From NCBI GenBank assembly GCA_965235115.1, contig OZ249436.1, positions 43,278,001 to 43,342,000 on the forward strand: 64,000 nt of DNA. The letters are read 5' to 3'. This document shows, piece by piece, positions 13,478 through 26,279 of this stretch. Origin of the DNA: Laetmonice hystrix (taxonomy: Eukaryota). The position numbers and the translations under genes are program-made. The first letter of the stretch is position 1. Each line of letters starts with the position of its first letter. The notes beneath the pieces are model-generated. The model made no database searches and had not been told where the DNA came from. It saw only the letters and a list, made by a program, of their open reading frames with translations.

Positions 13478-14175
13478 TGTTTCTTTACCGTTACTGATTA
13501 TTCTTTACCGTTGACTTCATTTGGTAACGGTAAAGAATACTGTTGGTAACGGTAAAGAAATGTTCATGCCATTATCTCATCAGTGTTGACAAATATCATT
13601 CAACTGACAGCCTAAATTCTTTAGTTTCAAGTGTTTTATACACAGAAATTGTGGTTCTTTAGGATCACTGTCCTATCTGGACTATTCGAGAACACGGTAA
13701 AGAAAGCATATTTGTGTGACATTATGAGATTTGGGGTAAAATCATTCCTTAGCTGTAATTGTCTGCTGCCATCTATATTCAAAATATATACCCTATATTA
13801 TACATAAATTCTAATATTTTGGGCCAACCCAAACATCAGAAATACACAAAATATTTGCTGTTACACACACTTATCCTAAATAAATGCAGAGGAATAAATT
13901 TATTCAAATAACATTTTTAATACTACAAATATTCCAATTATTTCAATTCAGACCAGGGTAACGGTAAAGAAATTTTGACAATTTGCCTGAGCACACATTC
14001 TTTTGTATAAGACATTGACGCTTTATTCCTAGCTATTTTAATGGTAAGATAAGAGATATATTTCTACTTAATTTGAAATTTCAGCAAAAATGAATGCTGT
14101 CAACGAAAAATAGGTCAACAAATCAAAAAAATTCTTTACCGTTACTTGTACATTTTTTTTGAAAATGGCCCATAT
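13478..14175. mobile_element. Probable non-autonomous DNA element with a repeated TTCTTTACCGTTAC motif
   Basis: The motif or its reverse complement occurs about 7 times in both orientations. Termini and TSD were not resolved. Confidence 0.45.
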
Positions 14176-14205
14176 TCTGTCTACCTGCATGGGAGTACAC
14201 ATATG

Positions 14206-14458
14206 CGGGCGCGGGTCCAGGATTTTCAGCAGGGGGGGGGGGGTGGTCTCAGGAAATCTTTAAAAATTAGAAGCTCTGAGACGCGATTCCTCGCAATTTA
14301 GGGGCCATTTTCGGGCATTATATTTTGTGGATACATCGCTCAACGGGTTCAAAACGGCAGGAATGCTTAGAAAAAAATCGCTCAAATTGCTTAGATCTAT
14401 GCTCTGTAGGAGCGGGGGGGGGGGGGGGGGGGGTCCGGACTCTCTGGACACGCGCCTG
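14206..14458. mobile_element. MITE with short GC-rich TIRs and a 5-bp TSD
   Basis: cgggcgcgggtccag ... ctggacacgcgcctg, flanked by atatg on both sides, with internal poly-G tracts. Confidence 0.7.
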
Positions 14459-14564
14459 ATATGACATCCTAACAGGAAATCCTCACAATGTATTATACAC
14501 AGCAGCTGTCCCTGTGAGGACTGTTAGTAGTGTAGGACTGATCTGGAGGAATTCCTAAAAACGA

Positions 14565-15574
14565 TTACACGCACCCATTGCTCTTGGGAGGAAGAAAGGC
14601 GAGGTCAGTAGGTCCATCTTGTGACGTTACAAGTTCCTCTGAACTTCCCTTCCTCCCGTGTGTAAGCTGATGTAATGTTAACGTTCCAGATACTCTGAAT
14701 GCTTTACCACATGTACTACATGTGTATGGCATCTCCCCTGTGTGTATCCTTTCATGTACTCTGCGACAGTCACTGCGCTTGAAAGTTTGATCACATGTAC
14801 GACATGAGTATGGCCTCTCGTATGTGTGTACCACTGTATGGCTTTTGAGAGATCCAGGAGTAGCGAATGCTTTACCACATCTAGAACATATATAGGACTT
14901 CTCCCCATGACTCAATTCATGCCTTCTTCGAAGTTCAGCACGCCCGAATCTTTTACCACATGTATTACACGGAAAGGGCCTCTCTACTGCGTGTATCTTT
15001 TCGTGTATTTTTAATAATCTACTTAGTCCAAATGTCTTACTACATGTACGACATTCGTATGGCCGCTTTCTTTTGTGGACCATTTTGTGATGTCTATTGC
15101 GACTCTGATTGCAAATGAATGTTTTACCACATACACTACAGACATACGGCCTCTCTCCTGTGTGCTTTCGTTCGTGTACGTTTAATAAATAAGTTGATCT
15201 GTAAGTTTTGCCACAAAAACTACACATGTACGGCCTCTCCCCCGTGTGTATTTGTTCATGATCTTTTATACGTCCAAGTGTTGTGAATACTTTGTGACAG
15301 AAACTACATGTGTACGGCTTCTTCCTTGCGTGTTTACTTGTGTGACACCTTTCATGTTTCTTAAGCCCTGCAGACGTCCGTAGTGTTTTACCACATGTAG
15401 TACATGGGTATGGCTTGTCTTCTGTGTGTGTACTTTGACGATTTTGTAGACTTCCTGGCTGACTGGATATCTGACCACGTGTACCGGTAGTACAGGTGGG
15501 TGACCCCTCCACAGGGTCGCGGCCCGGTTTTGTCTTCAAATTCTCCATCTCCTCTTTTATGATCCCGTGACGCC
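14565..15574 (-). CDS. C2H2 zinc-finger protein, last coding exon (9 tandem fingers)
   Basis: Nine CxxC..H(x3-4)H fingers with TGERPY-type linkers. Acceptor ttttcaaccacag|GG at 15574 is phase 1, matching the upstream donor. Stop at 14565-14567. Confidence 0.93.
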
Positions 15575-16194
15575 CTGTGGTTGAAAAATTTCCAAAATTC
15601 ATACATATCCATTTTGATGTAATATTAAAACACTGTCCATAAAGAAAATAAATGGTAAGGTTTTTACATCATAAAAGGCCACATTTAACTGTACTTAGAA
15701 ACCTGACTTGGCTGTAGATAGGGCTGGGACGATACGTGTACTCTGTTCATGATTCGATAAATATCTCGATATTTCCTCCAAGATACGATACGTATCTAAA
15801 TTCCAGTCAAACTGATTACTGCTCAATAGTGCACATATTAAACAATAAATATGCCATATCACTCTTTCTCTCTCATGTACTTGCCCTGGAGGGGGTACCA
15901 GTAAATTGAGCAATAGTGCAATACATAGAGAGCATAGCTGCGATGTCAGTATGACACCATGGGCCACGGCTTTCATTAGGGTAGTTTTCTATCATTTTTT
16001 ATCATGTTTTAACGCCTTTTTGATAACAAATAAAGAATTTTAACTGTAAATTGTTCATTGAAAAAATTGTGATTCACGATTGTATCGATGTCTTCCCAGT
16101 GCTCACTATATGTAGAGATTCCTCATACCAAAACAATAAAAGTATTGTCCAAATGGACTTTCAATATTCTAAGCAGAAAAATCAAGTAAATTAC

Positions 16195-16510
16195 CTCTTT
16201 TAGCATTATCCTTGTAGTAATAACGCCTTTTCTTTTTTATTTTGTGACTGAAGTAGTTATGATCTTTGTTGATGTTATCTGTGTTAGGCCAAGGTTCTTC
16301 TTGTTTAAAGCTTTCACTGCTGAAATAGATTTTCTCCCCTTCTGTTCCACCACTCTCACTAGATGGTCCATCCACTTTCCCTCCACCTGTGTTGACCCAA
16401 AGTTGTTCTATTTTTATGTCATCAGGTCCTTTCATTTTGATGCTCTCCACGTTAAACATTCCTTGTTCAGAACTTTCAGTCTTGTTACAAGTCAGGTCAT
16501 TGACGTTCAT
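16195..16510 (-). CDS. C2H2 zinc-finger protein, first coding exon (MNVNDLTCNK...YYYKDNAKR)
   Basis: First in-frame ATG at 16510 after an upstream in-frame TGA. Exon acceptor ttcttcacag| at 16637 and donor AGAG|gtaa at 16195 (phase 1). Joined CDS is 441 aa. A likely non-coding first exon ends at the ag|gtaa donor at 17481. Confidence 0.75.
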
Positions 16511-16806
16511 TCTTCGTCCCTCTGTATTGACACCACTGAGATCACAATTCTCCAATCCTAATGGTTTATCTGTTATATCCAAATGGCTTCACTGAGTCAA
16601 CGGTCTTGCGGTCTCCTCGTAGTAATCCAGAGCTTTCCTGTGAAGAAAATGCTTATTTGAGTTATTTCTACATACGTTGCAGTATTTGAGTTAGAATTCC
16701 TTTACAGGCCCATAATTTCCATCAAATTATTGAGGGGGCTCTTCGAACTGAGTTTAATTAATGTTTAGGCACCATCGAAAATACTGGGGGGGGGGGGCTT
16801 TATCGC

Positions 16807-17216
16807 GGTGTCTGGACGTTTCGAGCGCGAACCAGTTCGAGCGCCGGCCACTTCGAGCGCCGACGCCGACCACTTCGAGCGCGACTATTTCACAACTCGG
16901 CCTGTATTTCACAAGTTCCGTTCTCAGAAGTCAGCAAGAATTGTATCCCTATCTTTCGTATGATGATATTACTAGTGGCTATTAGTCATATTGCGACAGT
17001 GACAGTGTCCTCCCTACGGCCCGCTCGAACAGGGCCGCGCTCAACTGGCCGAGCTCAGCGGTCTCGACCGAAATCTACCCCCGACGAGCGGGTGTAGCAC
17101 GCGGGCGGCTCCGCCGACGGAGGCCCGCTCAACTGGTCGGTGCCCAAACTGGTTCGCGCTCGAACTGGCAATGGAGCGGCGCTCGAACTGGTCCGCGCTC
17201 GAAACGTCCTGGGACC
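16807..17216. mobile_element. Foldback/MULE-like MITE in the zinc-finger gene intron
   Basis: Long imperfect TIRs built of ttcgagcgc modules (ggtgtctggacgtttcgagcgc.. / ..gcgctcgaaacgtcctgggacc). TSD tttatcgc at 16799-16806 and 17217-17224 (8 bp, possibly 9). Confidence 0.82.
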
Positions 17217-17481
17217 TTTATCGCCCCCCCCCCTCCCAGTGGGAATTATTGCCCTGCTTTTATCAAACATCAAGGTAAATTCAAGGTAAACAGTAGGCTG
17301 AGTAAGTTAGCAGGGTGGGGGCATGCAGATTCCGTTTTCGTGCACAACAGGCGAACAGCCACACTTCCACTTTACATTGTAGCCACTGTAGCAGTGTAGG
17401 CCTAGCTAGTAGCCTGCTACACGACGTGACGTCTACAACTCAGATGACAATCCACTCAATTCAACAAAGGCATTTTTTACC

Positions 17482-18137
17482 TAACATAATTATTGTGTCG
17501 GTAATAAGTCAAAATATTTTGTAATTTATTCTGCCGGGTTCTTCTGCCGTCTGACGGCAGAAATTCCGCCAGAATAACGACTCCACTGCCTGGCACTGCG
17601 TTATGCTTAAGTTGTGGTTTCATGCTTGTAATGTTATGCCATGGGATTTGCCTGGAATCCTGGATCTACTCACGATATTCCCTGGTCTCCGTTTGATCGC
17701 ACGGTATGAGTATGGCTGAGTCAGACAGATCACAGATTCAGCAAGGTATTGGAAATCTCTACCCTCCTGTTCCGGCTGAAAGAGATCTTTGCACGACCCA
17801 GTCAAGAATATTCCCAATATTCTTGTAATCTTGACCCAGTCCCAGTGGGAGCGACGGAAGTAAGGTGGTGACGTCATTAAATTATTATCTAGGTCAGGGA
17901 ATACCCACTTCTGAATGCTGCTAAGCTGCAGATTTCCACATATCGGGTAACCGGAACGGTCTCTATCTGACTCTCATAGTAACTGGTGAAGGGATGCACA
18001 TCGCTCACGGAACGGACCGTCGTATGGCTAGAATTTGGATTTTAATACAACGCAGGAGGGAATTCCCAGACCTCGTTTTGACTTTTCACTCGGTCGACGT
18101 GAGCCAGCTGTGTCTCTGTTTTCAATAAACGGTGAAG
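17482..18137. promoter_or_regulatory. Probable bidirectional promoter region between the zinc-finger gene and HAX1
   Basis: The two genes diverge from this interval. ETS-like CGGAAGT (17855-17861) lies next to a full CRE TGACGTCA (17869-17876). Function is inferred. Confidence 0.55.
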
Positions 18138-18190
18138 ATGAACTTCGGGGACCTCTTCCGATCAATGTTTGGCCTGCCTGGAAAGACACG
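18138..18190 (+). CDS. HAX1: HAX1 (HCLS1-associated protein X-1) homologue, exon 1
   Basis: MNFGDLFRSMFGLPGKT(R) resembles the vertebrate HAX1 N-terminus (MSLFDLFRGFFGFPG). Donor |gtgagt at 18191, phase 2. Confidence 0.88.
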
Positions 18191-18587
18191 GTGAGTTTCA
18201 AATCCTCAGCTCCGTCACCCCTGACAACGTCGAGTTTGACGCAGCCACGTCACTCATCAGTCATGTCATGGCAGTCATGCAGCCTAGGTCAGGTCTCAGG
18301 ACCGTGAAATAAATTGAAATTCCAGAAAATTATGTTGACATTTTTGAGGACCGGGGCTAAGCTTGGTAAAGGCAATACAATTCCTACAATTAAATGAACG
18401 TGGATAAAACTATCAATTCAAAGAAAGTAGGTCTAGCATTTAACAAAAGACTGGTCCTTCGTCCTCGTCCTTGGGAGAGTCACAGTGGATTCTGATGCAA
18501 TCATGGCCATACCATTACCACCCCAGTACACAGACTTGCCTTGATCACAGGAGTTTGACACAAGTCATGGTGTCCAATGCCAATGGT

Positions 18588-18922
18588 TATCATTCATTGC
18601 TAAACTTGTATCAATCTCAAACTTTAGCATCATCATTCATTACTAAACTTGTATCAATCTCAAACTTTAACATCATCATTCATTGCTAAACTTGTATCAA
18701 TCTCAAACTTTAACATCATCATTCATTGCTAAACTTGTATCAATCTCAAACTTAACATCATCATTCATTGCTAAACTTGTATCAATCTCAAACTTTAGCA
18801 TCATCATTCATTACTAAACTTGTATCAATCTCAAACTTTAACATCATCATTCATTGCTAAACTTGTATCAATCTCAAACTTAACATCATCATTCATTGCT
18901 AAACTTGTATCAATCTCAAACT
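18588..18922. repeat. 43-bp minisatellite, about 8 copies (HAX1 intron 1)
   Basis: Unit catcatcattcattgctaaacttgtatcaatctcaaactttaa. Confidence 0.95.
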
Positions 18923-19187
18923 CAAGTCAGGTCAGCAAAGATAGCGAAACCTGTGCATGTTCTCACAGTGTTCTGACATCTCGGGGAGCTGACATTTGTT
19001 CGAGTTGCAGCAGTGTGCTAAAGTGGATATGACATGATGGCATTAGTCTACCGTATTTTGTCTACACTTTTGGCATATTATCAAAGCATAATACCATCGT
19101 GACCCCATATCATCATGCAATATACACTAACTAAGAATAAAAGCAGTATTGATGCTGACAGAAGATTTTTGTGTGCTTGATTTCCAG

Positions 19188-19495
19188 GGAGCAGTTTCCA
19201 CCAGACAGCAACCCGGAGACTTTCTTCAGAGAACCTGAGAGACCAGACAGGGACTTCTTCGAGGCCGGACCCCCGTCCTTTTTCTGGGGAGAATTTTCTG
19301 ACGTGGGTCGGCCACGTGATCCTGGTGGGTTCGAGGATGAAGATCCCACTAGAGGGAGCCACCACTGGGGGCCTCCTCCAGGTTTCCACTCGTCAGCACC
19401 AGACGATATGTTCCGACACTTTGATGAAATGTTCCGTAGTTTTGATGAAGTGTTCAGGAGCATGGGCATGGCCGAGTTCCCACAATTTCAGCCAG
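19188..19495 (+). CDS. HAX1: HAX1 homologue, exon 2
   Basis: tttccag| acceptor and |gtaag donor. Encodes an acidic/Phe-rich segment ending DDMFRHFDEMFRSFDEVFRSMG, similar to HAX1 DDLVRDFNSIFSDMG. Confidence 0.9.
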
Positions 19496-19604
19496 GTAAG
19501 GTCCTGGATATCATAAGACTGATAATCAGCATAACCTTCTGTGAAGTGGCTCCATGGCTGATGGTGTCAATGTTCCCATGAGATTATCATTACGGTAGGG
19601 GTAA

Positions 19605-19786
19605 AGGCCGGCTTATAGTCCGTCGACCGACCATGGGCCGACCATCGGCCGACCATCGCTCGACGTCAGGTCAAAGTTCACGCAGGCTTAACTCCCAGCG
19701 ATCGGTTGGTCGACGGCCGGATCGCTGGACTATAAACGTTCAGCGATGGTCGGCCGATGGTCGGCTGACGGACTATAAACCGGCCT
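19605..19786. mobile_element. PIF/Harbinger-like MITE
   Basis: TIRs aggccggcttatagtccgtc / gacggactataaaccggcct, flanked by taa and tta, with internal ccgaccat modules in both orientations. Confidence 0.75.
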
Positions 19787-19869
19787 TTATAGTTAGGGCG
19801 AGGGCTAGGTGTACGGATTAGGGCCAGGGCTAGGTGTACTCCTCAAGATATGGATCCAGAGTTGTGTGA

Positions 19870-19983
19870 CCAGGGCCCAGTTTTTGAAAAATTAATAACT
19901 TGAGTAAAGCTTCCTTAAACAGGCTTCTGATTGGTTGACCTAAGCAAACCAGCAGTTGAGAATTTTTTTTAACAGGACCCTGG
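19870..19983. mobile_element. Short MITE-like element
   Basis: Imperfect TIRs ccagggcccagtt / aacaggaccctgg. Confidence 0.45.
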
Positions 19984-20507
19984 TGCGCCCTCTGTAGGCG
20001 AAGTACCCCCTGAATCAGTGTATTAATGTAGTTCCCATACTTCCCACCAGATGGCATGGTTGCTGGGCCTCCTGTTTAATCATGGTAACAGATTCCCTCA
20101 GCTGGGGCCAGGGTGTGATGTCTGGGTGTTCCCGGAGAGTGGGGAGGGGGCGGGGAGGATTCTTTGATCCATTCTACTTTCAGCATTGGTGAGAATAATG
20201 ACCACCAATAAATCTTTACATGCCAGATTTTATATTAAAAAAAATAATTAAAAAATCTCTTTACACTGTTGGTATTAAATTAAAGGTGTCGACTCCATGA
20301 AGAAAACCTTGTTGAGTTGTTCAGGCCCCAGGGACGGCGCAGCCATCGCATGATTGGTTGTGCAGTATATGAAATTGTAATGATGCAGCAGCGAAGCCAC
20401 AGCTGCGAGCACCTCAGGCACAAAGGGGGGGGGGATTTTTTAAAACTAGGAGTTAAATGGTGCATTCCGTCACTGCACCTCGAAAGTCTTTCACCTAGTT
20501 CACCTCA

Positions 20508-21711
20508 TCAGTGATAGGCCCTACCTCAGCTTCTGGGCAATGTGCTAGTCAGTGATAGGCCCTACCTCAAACTTTTGGGCAATGTGCTAGTCAGTGATAG
20601 GCCCTACCTCAAACTTCTGGGCAATGTGCTAGTCAGTGATAGGCCCTACCACAGCTTCTGGGCAATGTGCTAGTCAGTGATAGGCCCTACCTCAGCTTCT
20701 GGGCAATGTGCTAGTCAGTGATAGGCCCTACCTCAGCTTCTGGGCAATGTGCTAGTCAGTGATAGGCCCTACCTCAGCTTCTGGGCAATGTGCTAGTCAG
20801 TGATAGGCCCTATCTCAAACTTCTGGGCAATGTGCTAGTCAGTGATAGGCCCTACCACAGCTTCTGGGCAATGTGCTAGTCAGTGATAGGCCCTACCTCA
20901 GCTTCTGGGCAATGTGCTAGTCAGTGATAGGCCCTACCTCAGCTTCTGGGCAATGTGCTAGTCAGTGATAGGCCCTACCTCAGCTTCTGGGCAATGTGCT
21001 AGTCAGTGATAGGCCCTACCTCAGCTTCTGGGCAATGTGCTAGTCAGTGATAGGCCCTACCTCAGCTTCTGGGCAATGTGCTAGTCTGTGATAGGCCCTA
21101 CCTCAGCTTCTGGGCAATGTGCTAGTCAGTGATAGGCCCTACCTCAAACTTCTGGGCAATGTGCTAGTCAGTGATAGGCCCTACCACAGCTTCTGGGCAA
21201 TGTGCTAGTCAGTGATAGGCCCTACCTCAGCTTCTGGGCAATGTGCTAGTCAGTGATAGGCCCTACCTCAGCTTCTGGGCAATGTGCTAGTCAGTGATAG
21301 GCCCTACCTCAGCTTCTGGGCAATGTGCTAGTCAGTGATAGGCCCTACCTCAGCTTCTGGGCAATGTGCTACACTGCTAGTCAGTGATAGGCCCTACCGC
21401 AGCTTCTGGGCAATGTGCTAGTCAGTGATAGGCCCTACCTCAGCTTCTGGGCAATGTGCTACACTGCTAGTCAGTGATAGGCCCTACCTCAGCTTCTGGG
21501 CAATGTGCTAGTCAGTGATAGGCCCTACCTCAGCTTCTGGGCAATGTGCTAGTCAGTGATAGGCCCTACCTCAGCTTCTGGGCAATGTGCTAGTCAGTGA
21601 TAGGCCCTACCTCAGCTTCTGGGCAATGTGCTAGTCAGTGATAGGCCCTACCTCAGCTTCTGGGCAATGTGCTAGTCAGTGATAGGCCCTACCTCAGCTT
21701 CTGGGCAATGT
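20508..21711. repeat. 41-bp minisatellite, about 29 copies (HAX1 intron 2)
   Basis: Unit cagtgataggccctacctcagcttctgggcaatgtgctagt. Confidence 0.97.
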
Positions 21712-22176
21712 GAAAAAGGTCAAAATAATATTGACTGCCTATTGTCGTAGGCCTCTGGATAAATAGGCCAAAAATCGAGAATTCCCGACCGTCTGCGCCG
21801 TCTCTGAGGCCTAAAGGTAGCAGCTGGTTGCCAGTGACAACCTGCCACACCAATAGAAGGTCTTGTATTGCCATGGTAAATGAAAGTGTTAAAAATGGTT
21901 GCCAATGGTTATATACTTTTTTAGAAGTAAATTGTTAGCATTCCGTTTATTTCCAACCAGAGTTTGGCGATGGAGGTTGTGATGTGTGTTGGACTGACTG
22001 ACTAACATTACAGATGATAGGGGTGCATGTTTTGCAGAGCTTTGTGACCCTCCAATCACTACCACGTGGCTACTGCCGAAAATACCTACTCCCCCACCCC
22101 CAACCTGACCCCGCCCTCACAGGACTGACTACTCCAGCTGTTCCCGCCTCACCCCCGCCAATATTACTTCTCCCAG

Positions 22177-22376
22177 GTCTTCCATCCACTGAGCGGCCGC
22201 CCTCCGACAGCAGTAAAGGTAGCAGCCTCCGGGATTCCATGTTGAAACCTCCTTCCGACTCCCATCACCGTGACAACAGCGAAGGTCAACAACCAGGTCA
22301 GGGCCCCACTAACCCCAGGATCGACCCCGCCGAGCCCAGGTCCTCACACGACCACCAACCGTCTCTACCGTCGTTT
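22177..22376 (+). CDS. HAX1: HAX1 homologue, exon 3
   Basis: tctcccag| acceptor and |gtaagt donor. Contains SLRDSMLKP, matching the HAX1 LRDSMLK motif. Confidence 0.9.
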
Positions 22377-23206
22377 GTAAGTACACTTTGTTATGGGGAC
22401 CAGGATTGGGCGGGTGTAGAGGGGTATGATGTATACATGTAGAAGTCGGACTGCTGTGTGTACCCAGTGACACTGCCAACATCGTAGTTGTAGAAGTAGT
22501 TGTAGAAGTTCTCTCTGCTAGCAGTAAGAACCCCACGACCAAGGGTGCTGGCCACGGACGGTCAGTGACTGACTCAGATAGTGGAGAGATATGTAGTGTA
22601 GTGTGGGTGTGTTTATATTTACCCAATCAAGAGATAAGTTTACTGAATGTAGGACAAGGATGATGAGGAGGTAGTGTTGGCACCTGAACATCACTTGGTT
22701 TGGGTGAGGCCGGATGCTGCGTGGTTGCCTTGTGTGGTTTACTGGGGCAACGCAGGATCCACAGTGTCTGACCGACCCAGGGGTAGTGGGGCAAAACTGG
22801 TGTACCTTACAGGACTGTTTACAACTTGGCTGGGGTAGGGGGAGGCGCCCCCCCCCCCACAGACACACAGACACACTACTGGCAACATGAGACTGAGTTA
22901 CAAGACCTTATATACAGAAAATTGAAGGAGATACCCAAACTTGGTGAGATTGTGTCCACCTGGCTGCAGGAAACATCATCTCACAGAAAATGGTCAAACT
23001 CTGAAAGCGGTGTCCATCTATGTACAACGAATTAAAGCCTGAAATTAAGTGATTTTTCATGAAAAATGTAATAATTTTGTCCTTATTTATGAGACAATCT
23101 TGGTTCTACAGAAGGCCTACTTACCGAGGTACCAACCGTTTATAACGGTAGACCGCATGCTTGTATCACGACCTAAAGTCATTTTGATTATGACTATGAA
23201 ATGATG

Positions 23207-24414
23207 CAGCCAAGAATCCATGCAGGACATGGAGTACCTGCACGATCCTTAGCTTGTGACCGATACCTCTAACAGCCAGGAATCCATGCAGGACATGGAG
23301 TATCTACACGATCCTTAGCTTGTGACCGATACCTCTAACAGCCAGGAATCCATGCAGGACATGGAGTATCTACACGATCCTTAGCTTGTGACCGATACCT
23401 CTAACAGCCGTGATATCATGCAGGACATGGAGTATCTACACGAGCCTTAGCTTGTGACTGATACCTCTAACAGCCATGGTATCATGCAGGACATGGAGTA
23501 TCTACACGATCCTTAGCTTGTGACCGATACCTCTAACAGCCAGGAATCCATGCAGGACATGGAGTACCTGCACGTTCCTTAGCTTGTGACCGATACCTGA
23601 AGCAGCCAGGAATCCATGCAGGACATGGAGTATCTACACGATCCTTAGCTTGTGACCGATACCTCTAACAGCCAGGAATCCCTGCAGGACATGGAGTACC
23701 TGCACGATCCTTAGCTTGTGACCGATACCTCTAACAGCCAAGAATCCATGCAGGACATGGAGTACCTGCACGTTCCTTAGCTTGTGACCGATACCTGAAG
23801 CAGCCAAGAATCCATGCAGGATATGGAGTATCTACATGATCCTGAGCTTGTGACCGATACCTCTAACAGCCAGGAATCCATGCAGGACATGGAGTACCTG
23901 CACGTTCCTTAGCTTGTGACCAATACCTGAAGCAGCCAGGAATCCATGCAGGACATGGAGTATCTACACGATCCTTAGCTTGTGACCGATACCTCTAACA
24001 GCCAGGAATCCATGCAGGACATGGAGTATCTACATGATCCTGAGCTTGTGACCGATACCTCTAACAGCCAGGAATCCATGCAGGACATGGAGTATCTACA
24101 CGATCCTTAGCTTGTGACCGATACCTCTAACAGCCAGGAATCCATGCAGGACATGGAGTATCTACACGATCCTTAGCTTGTGACCGATACCTCTAACAGC
24201 CAGGAATCCATGCAGGACATGGAGTATCTACACGATCCTTCGCTTGTGACCGATACCTCTAACAGCCAGGAATCCATGCAGGACATGGAGTACCTGCACG
24301 ATCCTTAGCTTGTGACTGATACCTCTAACAGCCAGGAATCCATGCAGGACATGGAGTACCTGCACGATCCTTAGCTTGTGACCGATACCTCTAACAGCCA
24401 TGGTGTCATGCAGG
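23207..24414. repeat. 66-bp minisatellite, about 18 copies (HAX1 intron 3)
   Basis: Unit cagccaggaatccatgcaggacatggagtatctacacgatccttagcttgtgaccgatacctctaa. Confidence 0.97.
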
Positions 24415-24633
24415 GTACATCATGGTCTCATGGTTGTGTAATTTCATGGCCTGCCGGCAGGTGGCCAAGAAGGTCGGGGTGGGGGTCATGTGCCCAGGGG
24501 TCCTCACGGAGGGAGACGCGACGGCAGGGTCAGGGTGTGGGTGTGGGTGTGTGTGTGTGTGGGGGGGGGGGGTACACAGTCAGCCGTTTCAACCTTCATA
24601 CCAAGCCGCTTACTCACAACAGCAGTAGGGGGC

Positions 24634-24903
24634 CAGGGCCTGGTTTTTTTGTTTACTTTTCCACCGTGAGCAAGGGTGAGCTGAGCTGAGCAAGGGTGAA
24701 CAGAAGCTCATGCTCACCGTTTTGCTCACTGTTTTCGTTTTTTTGGGTGTTTTTCCGCGAGCTTGCTCACCATGAGCACGCCTCATGGAAAAAAGCAACA
24801 ACAAAAAAACACGAAAACAGCGAGAATGACCTCATGCTCACCCTTGCTCAGCTCAGCTCACCCTTGCTCACGGTGGAAAAGTAAACAAAAAAACCGGGCC
24901 CTG
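24634..24903. mobile_element. MITE with long near-perfect TIRs
   Basis: cagggcctggtttttttgtttacttttccaccgtgagcaagggtgagctgagctgagcaagggtga is mirrored at 24837-24903. Confidence 0.85.
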
Positions 24904-24935
24904 ATAGTCATCCTTGCCCTTGGAATATTTCGGTG

Positions 24936-25494
24936 TGGCACAACCGTTCATTACCATGGTACAACCGGTCACTACCATGGCACAACCGGTCATTACCATG
25001 GCACAACCGGTCATTACCATGGCACAACCGTTCATTACCATGGCACAACCGTTCATTACCATGGTACAACCGGTCACTACCATGGCACAACCGGTCATTA
25101 CCATGGCACAACCGGTCATTACCATGGCACAACCGTTCATTACCATGGTACAACCGGTCACTACCATGGCACAACCGGTCATTACCATGGCACAACCGGT
25201 CATTACCATGGCACAACCGTTCATTACCATGGCACAACCGTTCATTACCATGGCACAACCGTTCATTACCATGGCACAACCGTTCATTACCATGGCACAA
25301 CCGGTCATTACCATGGCACAACCGTTCATTACCATGGCACAACCGTTCATTACCATGGCACAACCGTTCATTACCATGGCACAACCGTTCATTACCGTGA
25401 CACAACCGGTCATTACCATGGCACAACCGTTCATTACCGTGACACAACCGTTCATTATACAATGACACAACCGTTCATTATACAATGACACAAC
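24936..25494. repeat. 21-bp minisatellite, about 26 copies
   Basis: Unit ggcacaacc(g/t)..cattaccat. Produces spurious HYHGTTG and MAQPVIT ORFs. Confidence 0.97.
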
Positions 25495-26279
25495 ATAGAC
25501 GTCTCCAGGAGAACTAGTTTCATTTTCCGTGACACAGTAAGAACAAGATCAGTACTAGAAGGGTTGGCTGAAAACATTTATTATTAAAACAAAGTGGCGT
25601 CAAAATCTGATGGTAACCTGAGACTCCCGCCATTACCGCCAGGTGGCAGTGTGTGCCTGGAACTGACAAGTGATACCACAGCACGTGTCTTCACGTGACC
25701 GCACGTGGAGCGAATTAGTTTGTTAGCATGGATAGTGAGGTGGGGTGTCAGATCCCGAGAGGGGGGGGGGCAGGCCATGAGAAACCACGGAGAACGAGAA
25801 CAGGTCGGGTGTATCCCTTCTCACAAAGATAAACATAGTTAACCTAAGTGTCCCAACGACCAGGATATGGCGGTATTTTAGTTGTAATATCTGATAATTT
25901 ACTGTTTATCTGACCCAGCTAGGGTGTAATCTTTGTGGTCAGTGGTAGACTGTTTGTCAGGGGCTAACACGTCAGTAATGATCCCTTAGGTGGTTGCAGA
26001 GACGGCTATTTGGTTGTCCATGAAAACTTTGTAAAACTTTGCCCACCCAAGTGCCGGTCGGTCGTGTTTGGCCGGCTGGGCTGTGTGTTTGTACATAGAA
26101 GGAACCCGCGGACTGTGTGACGAGGTGGTTGGTGCCCTCCTGATGACGAATCCTCAGGAGGGTACTTGCCATGTTTACTCCACTCACAGTTCACCCTACC
26201 CCATGACCCTACCCCTGAGACGCACGTGCTGCCATGTTCTCAACCTAACCAGCGTCTCTGTCAAACACCCGGAGATATA

